In this document: piece by piece, positions 40,901 through 54,395 of the stretch
How the letters are laid out: every line of letters begins with the position of its first letter
How positions within the stretch are numbered: position 1 is the stretch's first letter
NCBI GenBank assembly: GCA_964016885.1
Contig: CAXHJY010001257.1
Location: forward strand, 62,001 to 126,000
Direction of reading: 5' to 3'
DNA: 64,000 bases
Source: Eledone cirrhosa
Taxonomy: Eukaryota
Made by a program: the position numbers and the translations under genes
The notes under the pieces: generated by a model
Seen by the model: only the letters and a program-made list of their open reading frames with translations
The model's database searches: none
What the model was told of the DNA's origin: nothing

Positions 40901-43900
40901 ACATAGTGTATCTAGTACTACATTATCTAATGTACAGTACAGTAAGTATAAGTGGCTATCAGACATAGTGTATCTAGGACTACATTATCTAATGTACAGT
41001 ACAGTAGTTAGTATTAGTAGCTATCAGACATAGTGTATCTAGGACTACATTATCTAATGTACAGTAGTTAGTATTAGTGGCTATCAGACATAGTGTATCT
41101 AGGACTACATTATCTAATGTACAGTACAGTAGTTAGTATTAGTAGCTATCAGACATAGTGTATCTAGTACTACATTATCTAATGTACAGTACAGTAGTTA
41201 GTATTAGTGGCTATCAGACATAGTGTATCTAGGACTACATTATCTAATGTACAGTACAGTAGTTAGTATTAGTGACTATCAGACATAGTGTATCTAGGAC
41301 TACATTATCTAATGTACAGTACAGTAGTTAGTATTAGTGGCTATCAGACATAGTGTATCTAGTACTACATTATCTAATGTACAGTACAGTAGTTAGTATT
41401 AGTGACTATCAGACATAGTGTATCTAGGACTACATTATCTAATGTACAGTACAGTAGTTAGTATTAGTGGCTATCAGACATAGTGTATCTAGTACTACAT
41501 TATCTAATGTACAGTACAGTAGTTAGTATTAGTGGCTATCAGACATAGTGTATCTAGTACTACATTATCTAATGTACAGTACAGTAGTTAGTATTAGTGG
41601 CTATCAGACATAGTATATCTAGGACTACATTATCTAATGTACAGTACAGTAGTTAGTATTAGTGGCTATCAGACATAGTGTATCTAGGACTACATTATCT
41701 AATGTACAGTACAGTAGTTAGTATTAGTGGCTATCAGACATAGTGTATCTAGGACTACATTATCTAATGTACAGTACAGTAGTTAGTATTAGTGGCTATC
41801 AGACATAGTGTATCTAGGACTACATTATCCAATGTACAGTATAGTAGTTAGTATTAGTGTCTATCAGACATAGTGTATCTAGGACTACATTATCTAATGT
41901 ACAGTAGTTAGTATTAGTGTCTATCAGACATAGTGTATCTAGTACTACATTATCTAATGTACAGTATAGTAGTTAGTATTAGTGGCTATCAGACATAGTG
42001 TATCTAGTACTACATTATCTAATGTACAGTATAGTAGTTAGTATTAGTGGCTATCAGACATAGTGTATCTAGGACTACATTATCTAATGTACAGTATAGT
42101 AGTTAGTATTAGTGACTATAAGACAGTGTATCTAGTACTACATTATCTAATGTACAGTACAGTAGTTAGTATTAGTGGCTATCAGACATAGTATATCTAG
42201 GACTACATTATCCAATGTACAGTATAGTAGTTAGTATTAGTGACTATCAGACATAGTGTATCTAGGACTACATTATCCAATGTACAGTATAGTAGTTAGT
42301 ATTAGTGGCTATCAGACATAGTATATCTAGGACTAGATTATCCAATGTACAGTACAGTAGTTAGTATTAGTGACTATCAGACATAGTGTATCTAGGACTA
42401 CATTATCTAATGTACAGTAGTTAGTATTAGTGGCTATCAGACATAGTGTATCTAGGACTACATTATCTAATGTACAGTATAGTAGTTAGTATTAGTGTCT
42501 ATCAGACATAGTGTATCTAGGACTACATTATCTAATGTACAGTATAGTAGTTAGTATTAGTGTCTATCAGACATAGTGTATCTAGGACTACATTATCTAA
42601 TGTACAGTACACTAGTTAGTATTAGTGGCTATCAGACATAGTATATCTAGGACTACATTATCTAATGTACAGTACAGTAGTTAGTATTAGTGGCTATCAG
42701 ACATAGTATATCTAGGACTACATTATCTAATGTACAGTACAGTAGTTAGTATTAGTGGCTATCAGACATAGTGTATCTAGTACTACATTATCTAATGTAC
42801 AGTACAGTAGTTAGTATTAGTGGCTATCAGACATAGTGTATCTAGGACTACATTATCTAATGTACAGTACAGTAGTTAGTATTAGTGGCTATCAGACATA
42901 GTGTATCTAGTACTACATTATCTAATGTACAGTATAGTAGTTAGTATTAGTGGCTATCAGACATAGTGTATCTAGTACTACATTATCTAATGTACAGTAC
43001 AGTAGTTAGTATTAGTGTCTATCAGACATAGTGTATCTAGGACTACATTATCTAATGTACAGTAGTTAGTATTAGTGGCTATCAGACATAGTGTATCTAG
43101 TACTACATTATCTAATGTACAGTATAGTAGTTAGTATTAGTGTCTATCAGACATAGTGTATCTAGGACTACATTATCTAATGTACAGTAGTTAGTATTAG
43201 TGGCTATCAGACATAGTGTATCTAGTACTACATTATCTAATGTACAGTACAGTAGTTAGTATTAGTGTCTATCAGACATAGTGTATCTAGGACTACATTA
43301 TCTAATGTACAGTAGTTAGTATTAGTGGCTATCAGACATAGTGTATCTAGTACTACATTATCTAATGTACAGTACAGTAGTTAGTATTAGTGTCTATCAG
43401 ACATAGTGTATCTAGGACTACATTATCTAATGTACAGTAGTTAGTATTAGTGGCTATCAGACATAGTGTATCTAGTACTACATTATCTAATGTACAGTAG
43501 TTAGTATTAGTGGCTATCAGACATAGTGTATCTAGGACTACATTATCTAATGTACAGTACAGTAGTTTGTATTAGTGTCTATCAGACATAGTGTATCTAG
43601 TACTACATTATCTAATGTACAGTACAGTAAGTATTAGTGGCTATCAGACATAGTGTATCTAGGACTACATTATCTAATGTACAGTACAGTAGTTAGTATT
43701 AGTAGCTATCAGACATAGTGTATCTAGGACTACATTATCTAATGTACAGTAGTTAGTATTAGTGGCTATCAGACATAGTGTATCTAGGACTACATTATCT
43801 AATGTACAGTACAGTAGTTAGTATTAGTAGCTATCAGACATAGTGTATCTAGTACTACATTATCTAATGTACAGTACAGTAGTTAGTATTAGTGGCTATC

Positions 43901-46845
43901 AGACATAGTGTATCTAGGACTACATTATCTAATGTACAGTACAGTAGTTAGTATTAGTGACTATCAGACATAGTGTATCTAGGACTACATTATCTAATGT
44001 ACAGTACAGTAGTTAGTATTAGTGGCTATCAGACATAGTGTATCTAGTACTACATTATCTAATGTACAGTACAGTAGTTAGTATTAGTGACTATCAGACA
44101 TAGTGTATCTAGGACTACATTATCTAATGTACAGTACAGTAGTTAGTATTAGTGGCTATCAGACATAGTGTATCTAGTACTACATTATCTAATGTACAGT
44201 ACAGTAGTTAGTATTAGTGGCTATCAGACATAGTGTATCTAGTACTACATTATCTAATGTACAGTACAGTAGTTAGTATTAGTGGCTATCAGACATAGTA
44301 TATCTAGGACTACATTATCTAATGTACAGTACAGTAGTTAGTATTAGTGGCTATCAGACATAGTGTATCTAGGACTACATTATCTAATGTACAGTACAGT
44401 AGTTAGTATTAGTGGCTATCAGACATAGTGTATCTAGGACTACATTATCTAATGTACAGTACAGTAGTTAGTATTAGTGGCTATCAGACATAGTGTATCT
44501 AGGACTACATTATCCAATGTACAGTATAGTAGTTAGTATTAGTGTCTATCAGACATAGTGTATCTAGGACTACATTATCTAATGTACAGTAGTTAGTATT
44601 AGTGTCTATCAGACATAGTGTATCTAGTACTACATTATCTAATGTACAGTATAGTAGTTAGTATTAGTGGCTATCAGACATAGTGTATCTAGTACTACAT
44701 TATCTAATGTACAGTATAGTAGTTAGTATTAGTGGCTATCAGACATAGTGTATCTAGGACTACATTATCTAATGTACAGTATAGTAGTTAGTATTAGTGA
44801 CTATAAGACAGTGTATCTAGTACTACATTATCTAATGTACAGTACAGTAGTTAGTATTAGTGGCTATCAGACATAGTATATCTAGGACTACATTATCCAA
44901 TGTACAGTATAGTAGTTAGTATTAGTGACTATCAGACATAGTGTATCTAGGACTACATTATCCAATGTACAGTATAGTAGTTAGTATTAGTGGCTATCAG
45001 ACATAGTATATCTAGGACTAGATTATCCAATGTACAGTACAGTAGTTAGTATTAGTGACTATCAGACATAGTGTATCTAGGACTACATTATCTAATGTAC
45101 AGTAGTTAGTATTAGTGGCTATCAGACATAGTGTATCTAGGACTACATTATCTAATGTACAGTATAGTAGTTAGTATTAGTGTCTATCAGACATAGTGTA
45201 TCTAGGACTACATTATCTAATGTACAGTATAGTAGTTAGTATTAGTGTCTATCAGACATAGTGTATCTAGGACTACATTATCTAATGTACAGTACACTAG
45301 TTAGTATTAGTGGCTATCAGACATAGTATATCTAGGACTACATTATCTAATGTACAGTACAGTAGTTAGTATTAGTGGCTATCAGACATAGTATATCTAG
45401 GACTACATTATCTAATGTACAGTACAGTAGTTAGTATTAGTGGCTATCAGACATAGTGTATCTAGTACTACATTATCTAATGTACAGTACAGTAGTTAGT
45501 ATTAGTGGCTATCAGACATAGTGTATCTAGGACTACATTATCTAATGTACAGTACAGTAGTTAGTATTAGTGGCTATCAGACATAGTGTATCTAGTACTA
45601 CATTATCTAATGTACAGTACAGTAGTTAGTATTAGTGGCTATCAGACATAGTATATCTAGGACTACATTATCTAATGTACAGTACAGTAGTTAGTATTAG
45701 TGGCTATCAGACATATTGTATCTAGTACTACATTATCTAATGTACAGTACAGTAGTTAGTATTAGTGGCTATCAGACATAGTATATCTAGGACTACATTA
45801 TCTAATGTACAGTACAGTAGTTAGTATTAGTGGCTATCAGAGATAGTGTATCTAGTACTACATTATCTAATGTACAGTACAGTAGTTAGTATTAGTGGCT
45901 ATCAGACATAGTGTATCTAGGACTACATTATCTAATGTACAGTACAGTAGTTAGTATTAGTGGCTATCAGACATAGTGTATCTAGTACTACATTATCTAA
46001 TGTACAGTACAGTAGTTAGTATTAGTGGCTATCAGACATAGTATATCTAGGACTACATTATCTAATGTACAGTACAGTAGTTAGTATTAGTGGCTATCAG
46101 ACATAGTGTATCTAGGACTACATTATCTAATGTACAGTACAGTAGTTAGTATTAGTGGCTATCAGACATAGTGTATCTAGGACTACATTATCTAATGTAC
46201 AGTACAGTAGTTAGTATTAGTGGCTATCAGACATAGTATATCTAGGACTACATTATCTAATGTACAGTACAGTAGTTAGTATTAGTGGCTATCAGACATA
46301 GTGTATCTAGGACTACATTATCTAATGTACAGTACAGTAGTTAGTATTAGTGGCTATCAGACATAGTGTATCTAGGACTACATTATCTAATGTACAGTAC
46401 AGTAGTTAGTATTAGTGGCTATCAGACATAGTGTATCTAGGACTACATTATCTAATGTACAGTAGTTAGTATTAGTGGCTATCAGACATAGTATATCTAG
46501 GACTACATTATCTAATGTACAGTACAGTAGTTAGTATTAGTGGCTATCAGACATAGTGTATCTAGGACTACATTATCTAATGTACAGTACAGTAGTTAGT
46601 ATTAGTGGCTATCAGACATAGTGTATCTAGGACTACATTATCTAATGTACAGTACAGTAGTTAGTATTAGTGGCTATCAGACATAGTGTATCTAGGACTA
46701 CATTATCTAATGTACAGTACAGTAGTTAGTATTAGTGGCTATCAGACATAGTGTATCTAGGACTACATTATCTAATGTACAGTACAGTAGTTAGTATTAG
46801 TGGCTATCAGACATAGTGTATCTAGGACTACATTATCTAATGTAC
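34923..46845 (+). repeat. 65/60-bp satellite, 11.9 kb (~185 copies)
   Basis: Unit gtaca(gtaca)gtagttagtattagtggctatcagacatagtgtatctag[g/t]actacattatctaat. Confidence 0.98.
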
Positions 46846-47700
46846 TTGTCGTGTCACCAAGAATGTCAGTTACAAAGCTTGGCCAGATGTGGTTCAATTG
46901 AACACATTGCTGTCCTTTCACATTAAACTCTGCCAAGTCCAATACTGTACAGGGGTGTTCCAGCAGGGATGTTCCAATACTGTGCAGGGGTGTTCCAGCA
47001 GGGATGTACCAATACTGTACAGGGGTGTTCCAGCAGGGATGTTCCAATACTGTGCAGGGGTGTTCCAGCAGGGATGTTCCAATACTGTGCAGGGGTGTTC
47101 CAGCAGGGATGTTCCAATACTGTACAGGGGTGTTCCAGCATGGATGTTCCAATACTGTACAGGGGTGTTCCAGCAGGGATGTTCCAATACTGTACAGGGG
47201 TGTTCCAACAGGGATGTTCCAATACTGTACAGGGGTGTTCCAGCAGGGATGTTCCAATACTGTACAGAGATGTTCCAGCAGGGATGTTCCAATACTGTGC
47301 AGGGGTGTTCCAGCAGTGATGTACCAATACTGTACAGGGGTGTTCCAGCAGGGATGTACCAATACTGTACAGGGGTGTTCCAGCAAGGATGTTCCAATAC
47401 TGTGCAGGGGTGTTCCAACAGGGATGTACCAATACTGTGCAGGGGTGTTCCAGCAGGGATGTTCCAATACTGTACAGGGGTGTTCCAACAGGGATGTTCC
47501 AATACTGTGCAGAGATGTTCCAGCAGGGATGTTCCAATACTGTGCAGGGATGTTCCAGCAGGGATGATCCAATACTGTGGAGTGGTGTTCCAGCAGGGAT
47601 GTTCCAATACTGTGGAGGGGTGTTCCAGCAGGGTACATATCAGGAGGTGCTGTGTAATCTGTGGTTCGATGCTGCAGTCACACTCAACATCCCCATCCAT
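46845..47700 (-). mobile_element. Ingi/Vingi-like LINE 3' fragment containing a 35-bp tandem array (~20 copies, 46938-47632)
   Basis: CDCSIEPQITQHLLIC (CCHC finger) ... DLAEFNVKGQQCVQ; unit caatactgtacaggggtgttccagcagggatgttc; same family and orientation as 34658-34880. Confidence 0.65.
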
Positions 47701-48033
47701 TGACATAGCAAAGATGGAGAATTATCTCTGTTTCGTTTTGTATTTATAGAAGTTGATTAAACGAGTTTTCTTTTAACATTCTTCAAATGTTTGGCTCTCC
47801 AGCTCTCTAGAATCATGTGTAAGTAATTAAAAATGATTTAAAAGCAAATCTTTCCATCTCTATATTTGATTACATATATACATTTCACAGCCTTAGCATC
47901 ACTCCTTTATAATTAGCCTATGAACTTTTCAGCAGCCGATCCTCCAAACGTGAACCTAATGCAACTGTATTACTGTATCTCTTTTTGTTTTGTTTCCTTT
48001 ATCAACTATATATATATATATATAGAGAGAGAG

Positions 48034-48133
48034 AGGAAAAAGTATGACCCCGACGGCAGAGCTCAAGCCGTTTCTGTCCAGAGATAGCCGTCGAAACGGC
48101 TTGAGCTCTGCCGTCGGGGTCATACTTTTTCCT
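48034..48133. repeat. Perfect 41-bp-arm hairpin containing the 3' half of a hammerhead core
   Basis: aggaaaaagtatgaccccgacggcagagctcaagccgtttc / reverse complement; arm reads GAAACGG...CCGTC-GGGG. Confidence 0.85.
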
Positions 48134-48162
48134 ATTTCCCACTCTACTACCCTAAGTATTGA

Positions 48163-48216
<54 letters not shown>

Positions 48217-48447
48217 TCATTGTTTAACGTCTATTTTCCATGCTAGCATGGGTTAGACGGCAATTGTCCCACTTCAGGCAAGATTGATCAGGTGATCATG
48301 TCTCGCTCACATAGCACTGTTATATCAAGCACTGCTATATCAAGCGTTAACCTAATATATCCCTTCCATATACTGTACTGATTGTGTTGTTATTTCTGTT
48401 TACCTTTTACACACACAGACACACACACACACAGACACACACACACA

Positions 48448-48536
<89 letters not shown>

Positions 48537-48761
48537 TTGATTCTATGAGATTTTATTTATTTTGAGAACAATACCTTAACATCAGTATGAGTAGCTAGTT
48601 ACAGCAGGTTTGAACAGTGAGAGGTGAGAGAACTATGGCTGGATATGACTGGTTTAAATGTTAAAGGGTTAAACTCTATTTTAGTGTAGAGTACTCAATC
48701 TCGCGCCCACCAACTACACAGGGTAACACACATACGTACACATGCACACACACGCACATAC

Positions 48762-49552
48762 ATGATGGCTGCCCCCTCGTTATCGAGTATGGCCATTGCA
48801 CGATATACCGTTATAAATAATTATTAATTAATTCTATCGTGCAATGCCTGTGCGTGAAGATATGTTTTAAAGTGAGGAAAGACTGTGCACTGAGCCAATC
48901 CCACTCTCTGAGAGACAGTAGCTATAACCTGAAAAGAAGAAAAGATCAACATCATCTGTAACTACTGAGCTGCAGGTTTTATATGGGAGTTATCCCAGTT
49001 TCCTGAGTTACCTTCTCCTAGAAGAAGGCCCTGACAAAGGCTAGGGGTCCTTCACTCCCAGTGGTTTAACCGCATGATCGGGTGTCCAGCCTGACTATTT
49101 CTGTGTCCCCCCGCATATACATACACATGCACCCATGTATATACACATACACATACACCCATGAATATACACATAAACATATACATACACATGCACCCAT
49201 GTATATACACATAAACATATACATACACATGTACCCATGTATATACACATATACATACACATGTACCCATGAATATACACATATACATATATATGTACAT
49301 GTGTATATACATATTTACACACTTTTGGATGGCTGTCGAACCTTATGAGTTCTTTCGCCCTTTGTCAGGTTTTGTTTTTTGTCCTGTAGGGTGTCCAAAG
49401 TCACCCTCCTCACCAAACTTGGTGGGGTTACCGGTTTAGTCGGTGGGATTACCGGTTTAGTCGGTGGGGTTGCCGGTTTAGTCGCCGACGACCCGACCAT
49501 GCGACAGGTTGTACTGGGTTACATGTTACCTGTAACACTCAAGAGTGACCCG
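48762..49552 (-). mobile_element. Related non-autonomous RTE derivative interrupted by a microsatellite
   Basis: 49325-49552 and 48895-49052 are homologous (reverse strand) to 28413-28800; tail ggccatactcgataacgag resembles ggccgtactcgaaaacgag. Confidence 0.6.
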
Positions 49553-49615
49553 GTATAACACACACACACTTATCATCATCATTTAATATCTATTTTCCTT
49601 TGCTAGCATGGATTA

Positions 49616-50308
49616 TCTATCTATCTATCTAGGGCGGGTAAAATTCCCGAGATCCATGGACGAGTTCTCTCCAGCGGTCTCTGTCCCTCATTATCACTGC
49701 CATGTCCTGCGTCTCCAACAGGGCCAGTGTCTGTCCTTAGGGCATCAACATACGTTAACCTTGGTCTTCCTCTTCTAGTGTGTCCATGTAGGGGCTCCCA
49801 CAGGAGCACTGAGTGCAATGTCAACTCTGGATGTCGGTGAGCATGTCCAGCTAACCTCAGTCTCCCTCTTCCAGTGTGTCCATGTAGGGGCTCCCACAGG
49901 AGCACTGAGTGCAATGTCAACTCTGGATGTCGGTGAGCATGTCCAGCTAACCTCAGTCTCCCTCTTCCAGTGTGTCCAGGCAGGGGCTCCCACAGGAGCA
50001 CTGAGTGCAATGTCAACTCTGGATGTCGGTGAGCATGTCCAGCTAACCTCAGTCTCCTCTGTGCCACAGCTTGAGATCAGTGTGGAAGTCGGACCTTCGT
50101 AGAGACCTGAAAATCCGCCTCTTCATTGCTGTAGTGGAGTCTGTGCTGCTGTACAGGTCTGAGACTTGGACACTGACGAAGAAACTCACTCAGATGGTGG
50201 ATGGGTGCTACACGAGAATGCTGAAGATGGCTCTGAACATTAATCAGTATACACTGAGGATGAAGAACTCGGAGCTGTATGGGAGCCTCCCAAAAGTCAG
50301 CTCAAAAG
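49616..50308 (-). mobile_element. 5'-inverted, truncated RTE-type LINE insertion with 12-bp TSD
   Basis: TSD TAGCATGGATTA at 49604-49615 and 50309-50320; (TAGA)n tail; 3' piece on minus (49616-50067), upstream piece on plus (50068-50308); 93-bp triplication inside. Confidence 0.85.
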
Positions 50309-50898
50309 TAGCATGGATTAGATGGCCCTTAACCATAGAGTTACGGCCCTTAACGGTCTCAGTTCAAATCCCGCCGAGGTTAACTTTGCCTCTCATCCTT
50401 ACGGGGTCGATAAAATAAAGTACCGGTAATGTACTGGGTAATTGCTGGCCTTGTGCCAAAAGTAGAAACAATTATTAATATATATATGTGTGTGTGTGTT
50501 TGTGTGTATGTGTGCGCATGTGTATATGTGTGTGTGTGTGAGTACATATATGCATACAAATATATATAGGTCACAGACCAATATATATATATTTATATAT
50601 ACTCACATCATTTATGGCATGACCTATATATATATGTGTGTATATATGTGTGTGTATATGTGTGTATATATGTGTGTATATGTGTGTGTATATATGTGTA
50701 TATATGTGTGTGTATATGTGTGTATATATATATGTGTGTGTGTGTATCTGTGTGTATATATGTGTGTGTGTGTATCTGTGTGTATATATGTGTGTGTATA
50801 TATATATGTGTATATATGTGTGTGTATATATGTATATATATGTGTGTGTATATATATATATATGTATGTGTGTATATATATATATGTGTGTGTGTGTA

Positions 50899-50947
<49 letters not shown>

Positions 50948-51004
50948 ATATAAACCCCCAAGGAAGAAGAGAGCAAAAACCCTTTGAAGTACCAACATTA
51001 GATG

Positions 51005-52015
51005 TGCTGGTGGTAGTGGTGGTGGTAGCAGTGGTGGTGGTGGTAGTAACAGTGGTGGTAGTAGTAGTGGTAGTGGTGGTGGTGGTGGTGGTGGTAGTAG
51101 TGGTTGTAGTACTGGTGGTGGTTGTAGTAGTGGTGGTGGTGGTGGTAGTAACAGTGTTGGCGGTAGTGGTGGTGGTGGCAGTGGTAGTAGCAGTGGTGGT
51201 GGTAGTAGTAGTAGTGGTAGTGGTGGTAGTAGTACTGGTGGTGGTACTGGTGGTGGTGGTGGTAGTGGTGGTGGTAGTGGTGGTGGTGGTAGTGGTGGTG
51301 GTAGTGGTAGTTGTTGTTGTTGTTGGCCTGTATCCAACATTCACAAATATTTCAGCTATGTTTATATATTTCATAGTTTAGGGTGAAACTGGTTTGTAGT
51401 GGTGTGGGTGGTAGTGTGGTGGTGGTGGTGGTGGTGGTAGTGTGGTGGTGGTGGTGGTGGTGGTAGTGTGGTGGTGGTGGTGGTGGTAGTGTGGTAGTGG
51501 TGGTGGTAATGTGGTGGTGTGGGTGTGGTGGTGTGGGTGGTAGTATGGTAGTGGTGGTGGTAGTGTGGTGGTGGTGGTGTGGGTGGTAGTATGGTAGTGG
51601 TGGTGGTAGTGTGGTGGTGGTAGTGTGGTGGTGGGTGTGGTGTGGTGTGGTGGTAGTGGGGGGTAGTGTGAGGTGGTGTGGTGTGGTGGTGGTGGTGGTG
51701 TGGGTGGTAGTATGGTAGTGGTGGTGGTGGTGTGGGTGGTAGTATGGTAGTGGTGGTGGTAGTGTAGTGGTGGTGGTGTGGGTGGTAGTATGGTAGTGGT
51801 GGTGGTAGTGTGGTGGTGGTGGTGTGGGTGGTAGTATGGTAGTGGTGGTGGTAGTGTGGTGGTGGTAGTGTGGTGGTGGGTGTTGTGGGTGGTGGTGGTG
51901 GTGTGGGTGGTAGTATGGTAGTGGTGGTGGTAGTGTGGTGGTGGGTGTGGTGGTGTGGGTGGTAGTGTGGTGGTGGGTGGTGGGTGTGGTGTGGGTGGTA
52001 GTAGTAGTGGTAGGA
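51005..52015. repeat. (GGT)n/(AGT)n low-complexity tracts
   Basis: Degenerate trinucleotide runs. Confidence 0.9.
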
Positions 52016-52542
52016 GGTGTGGGGTTTATTCAATCTAGACACCACACCCAACCACACCACCACATGTCTACCCCCCACTGCACCCCCCACACAAGTCTCT
52101 CCCTCTTCATACCCCTCCCCCAGCCAGCCACATACCATCTCTCCCCCCTCCCACTTGTCTCCACCAGGGGTGGGGCTCTCATCTACCTGCCACCACCCCA
52201 ACCCAGCCAGTCACTTGCCTCACCGCCACCACCACCCTGCCTACCACAGCTGTCTATCTACCACAGCTAGTCTGTCAACACCACCACCACCACCAACGTC
52301 CTCACTATCACCCCACCATCACCTCCCCCATCATCGCTACCCCCCCCCCCCCCCCCCATCATCATCATCATCACCAACACCACCACCACCCACCATCACC
52401 CCACCATCCCCAAGTCTAGTCTACATGTCTGTGGAAAATAAAATTGAATCTGCCTGTTAAACTCATTTCATTATATGTGTATACATGTGTGTATATATAT
52501 GTATACACACACACACTCACACACACACTCACACACACGCAC

Positions 52543-52601
<59 letters not shown>

Positions 52602-52624
52602 CACACATGTATGTATGTATATAT

Positions 52625-53068
52625 ATATCATCATCATCACTGTTTTACGTCATTTTTCCACGCTAGCATGGGTTAGACAGGTTGTCCTGTTGAGGGCAGT
52701 GTCTGGTCGGTTGACCTTGTCTTGCTCATACGGGAACTGATTCTGGTTTGATTTCTACAGCTGGATGCCCTTCCTAACACCAACCTCATTTACAGTGAGT
52801 GCTGGGTTCTTTTTTTGCTGTGGCACCTCCACGACCACTTTGCAGTGAGTGCTGGGTGCTTTTTTGCCGTGGCACCTCCACGACCACTTTGCAGTGGAAT
52901 GATAGGGACCCCAGTCCCTATCATCTCATTTCTACAGCTGAGTAAACTGGAGCAATGTGAAATAAAGTGTCTTGCTCAAGGAAACAACACATCACCCGGT
53001 CTGAGAATTGAACTCACAACCTTTCGATTGCAAGGCCAATGCTCTAACCACTAAGCCATGTGCCTCCA
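52625..53068 (-). mobile_element. SINE family A with an alternative 3' tail
   Basis: Head and body match family A; the tail is the aacccatgctagcgtggaaaaatgacg type seen on family C. Confidence 0.75.
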
Positions 53069-53329
53069 CACACACACACCACACACCACACACCACACAC
53101 CACACACCACACACACACACACTATTACATCTTCAATAAGATTCCTCACATTCATTCACTTTGTGTGAGTATAGGTTTAGCCAGGGGTCATTAAGGTCAC
53201 CAGACAGTGTCTTATGTTTATTGGGTCTTTTGACCCTCAACCAGGATACTCTCTCATTGGTGGGTCAGCACTTTTGGCAAAGTTACTACCTATCTTCACC
53301 ATATATATATATAGATATATATATATATA

Positions 53330-53512
53330 TATTAGTTATGTAATAAACAACATAAGATAATTATTTCATTTACCAGTGGTTTCTTGAAAGCAAATAAATC
53401 TGCTTTCAGTCGTCAGAATGAAAAAAACCTGGTAAACACCAGATTTATTTGCTTTCAAGAAACCACTGGTAAATGAAATAATTATCTTATGTTGTTTATT
53501 ACATAACTAATA
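53330..53512. repeat. Perfect 73-bp-arm inverted repeat (Penelope-like terminal structure)
   Basis: 53330-53402 is the reverse complement of 53440-53512; diverged relatives at 53860-54008 and 56085-56137. Confidence 0.9.
53364..53423 (-). ncRNA. Type-I hammerhead ribozyme
   Basis: TTTCATT-CTGACGA-c TGAAAGCA gatttatt TGCTTTCA a-GAAA-CCA c TGG-TA-AATGAAA: 7-bp stem I, 8-bp stem II, near-palindromic stem III. Confidence 0.8.
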
Positions 53513-53596
53513 AGCTCTGTAACTTACATAGAGCACTCCTTTTTCCTGTACCTTTCAGACGGAATTCATTTATATATATTTATTTTTTTTTTTTTT

Positions 53597-53812
53597 CGAT
53601 TGACTTTTGTCAAATCGGACCGAGGAAACAATGTTTCCGTTCGTCTTTCCAATTGCTAATACTATCTATTGGTCGCAACTCCAGGTAGAAGGAGCAACAT
53701 GAAATAAAGTGTCTTGCTCAAGGATATAACATATCTCCTGGTCCAGAGATTGAACTTACAACATCACAATTGCGAATCCCATTCTCTAACCACTCAGCCA
53801 CACGCCTTCACC
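53597..53812 (-). mobile_element. SINE family B
   Basis: Reverse complement of 12442-12655; T-run (A tail) at 53583-53596. Confidence 0.8.
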
Positions 53813-53843
<31 letters not shown>

Positions 53844-54171
53844 TGAAGTATTTCCGTAGGAAGGGTAAAGGAAAGGAGAGTGCTCTATGTAAGCTACAGA
53901 GCTATATATGTAATAAACAACATAAGACAATTATTCCATTTACCAAAGGTTTCAAGAAGACAGATGAGCTCAACAGAGACGTCTGAAATCGCGCATCAGA
54001 ATGAAGATTTAATATGGACGTAAGATATGAATTTAAAAACAGAGGCTAAAACAATTGAAAGTGAGGCTGATATAGAATAAAATACAGATAAGAAATAAAA
54101 TAAAATAACTGGGAAAAATATACACACTGAATCAGAACGTAAGATTATGGGGTAAAAATAAATATATATAT

Positions 54172-54395
54172 ATCATCATCATCATTTCATTTTACGTTCG
54201 CTTTTTCCCTGCTTGCAAGGGTGGGACAGGAACTGATTCTGGCTTGATTTCTACAGCTGGATGCCCTTCCTAACACCAACCTCATTTACAGTGAGTGCTG
54301 GGTGCTTTTTTGCCGTGACACCTCCACGTCCACTTTGCAGTGGAATGATAGGGACCCCAGTCCCTATCATCTCATTTCTACAGCTGAGTAAACTG
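54172..54395 (-). mobile_element. SINE family A, 5'-truncated
   Basis: Matches the 3' two-thirds of 2445-2780. Confidence 0.85.

Noticed and set aside
34923-46845. CRISPR-like regular array with a palindromic core
   Set aside because: The linkers are near-identical rather than unique spacers, there are no cas genes, and the context is eukaryotic.
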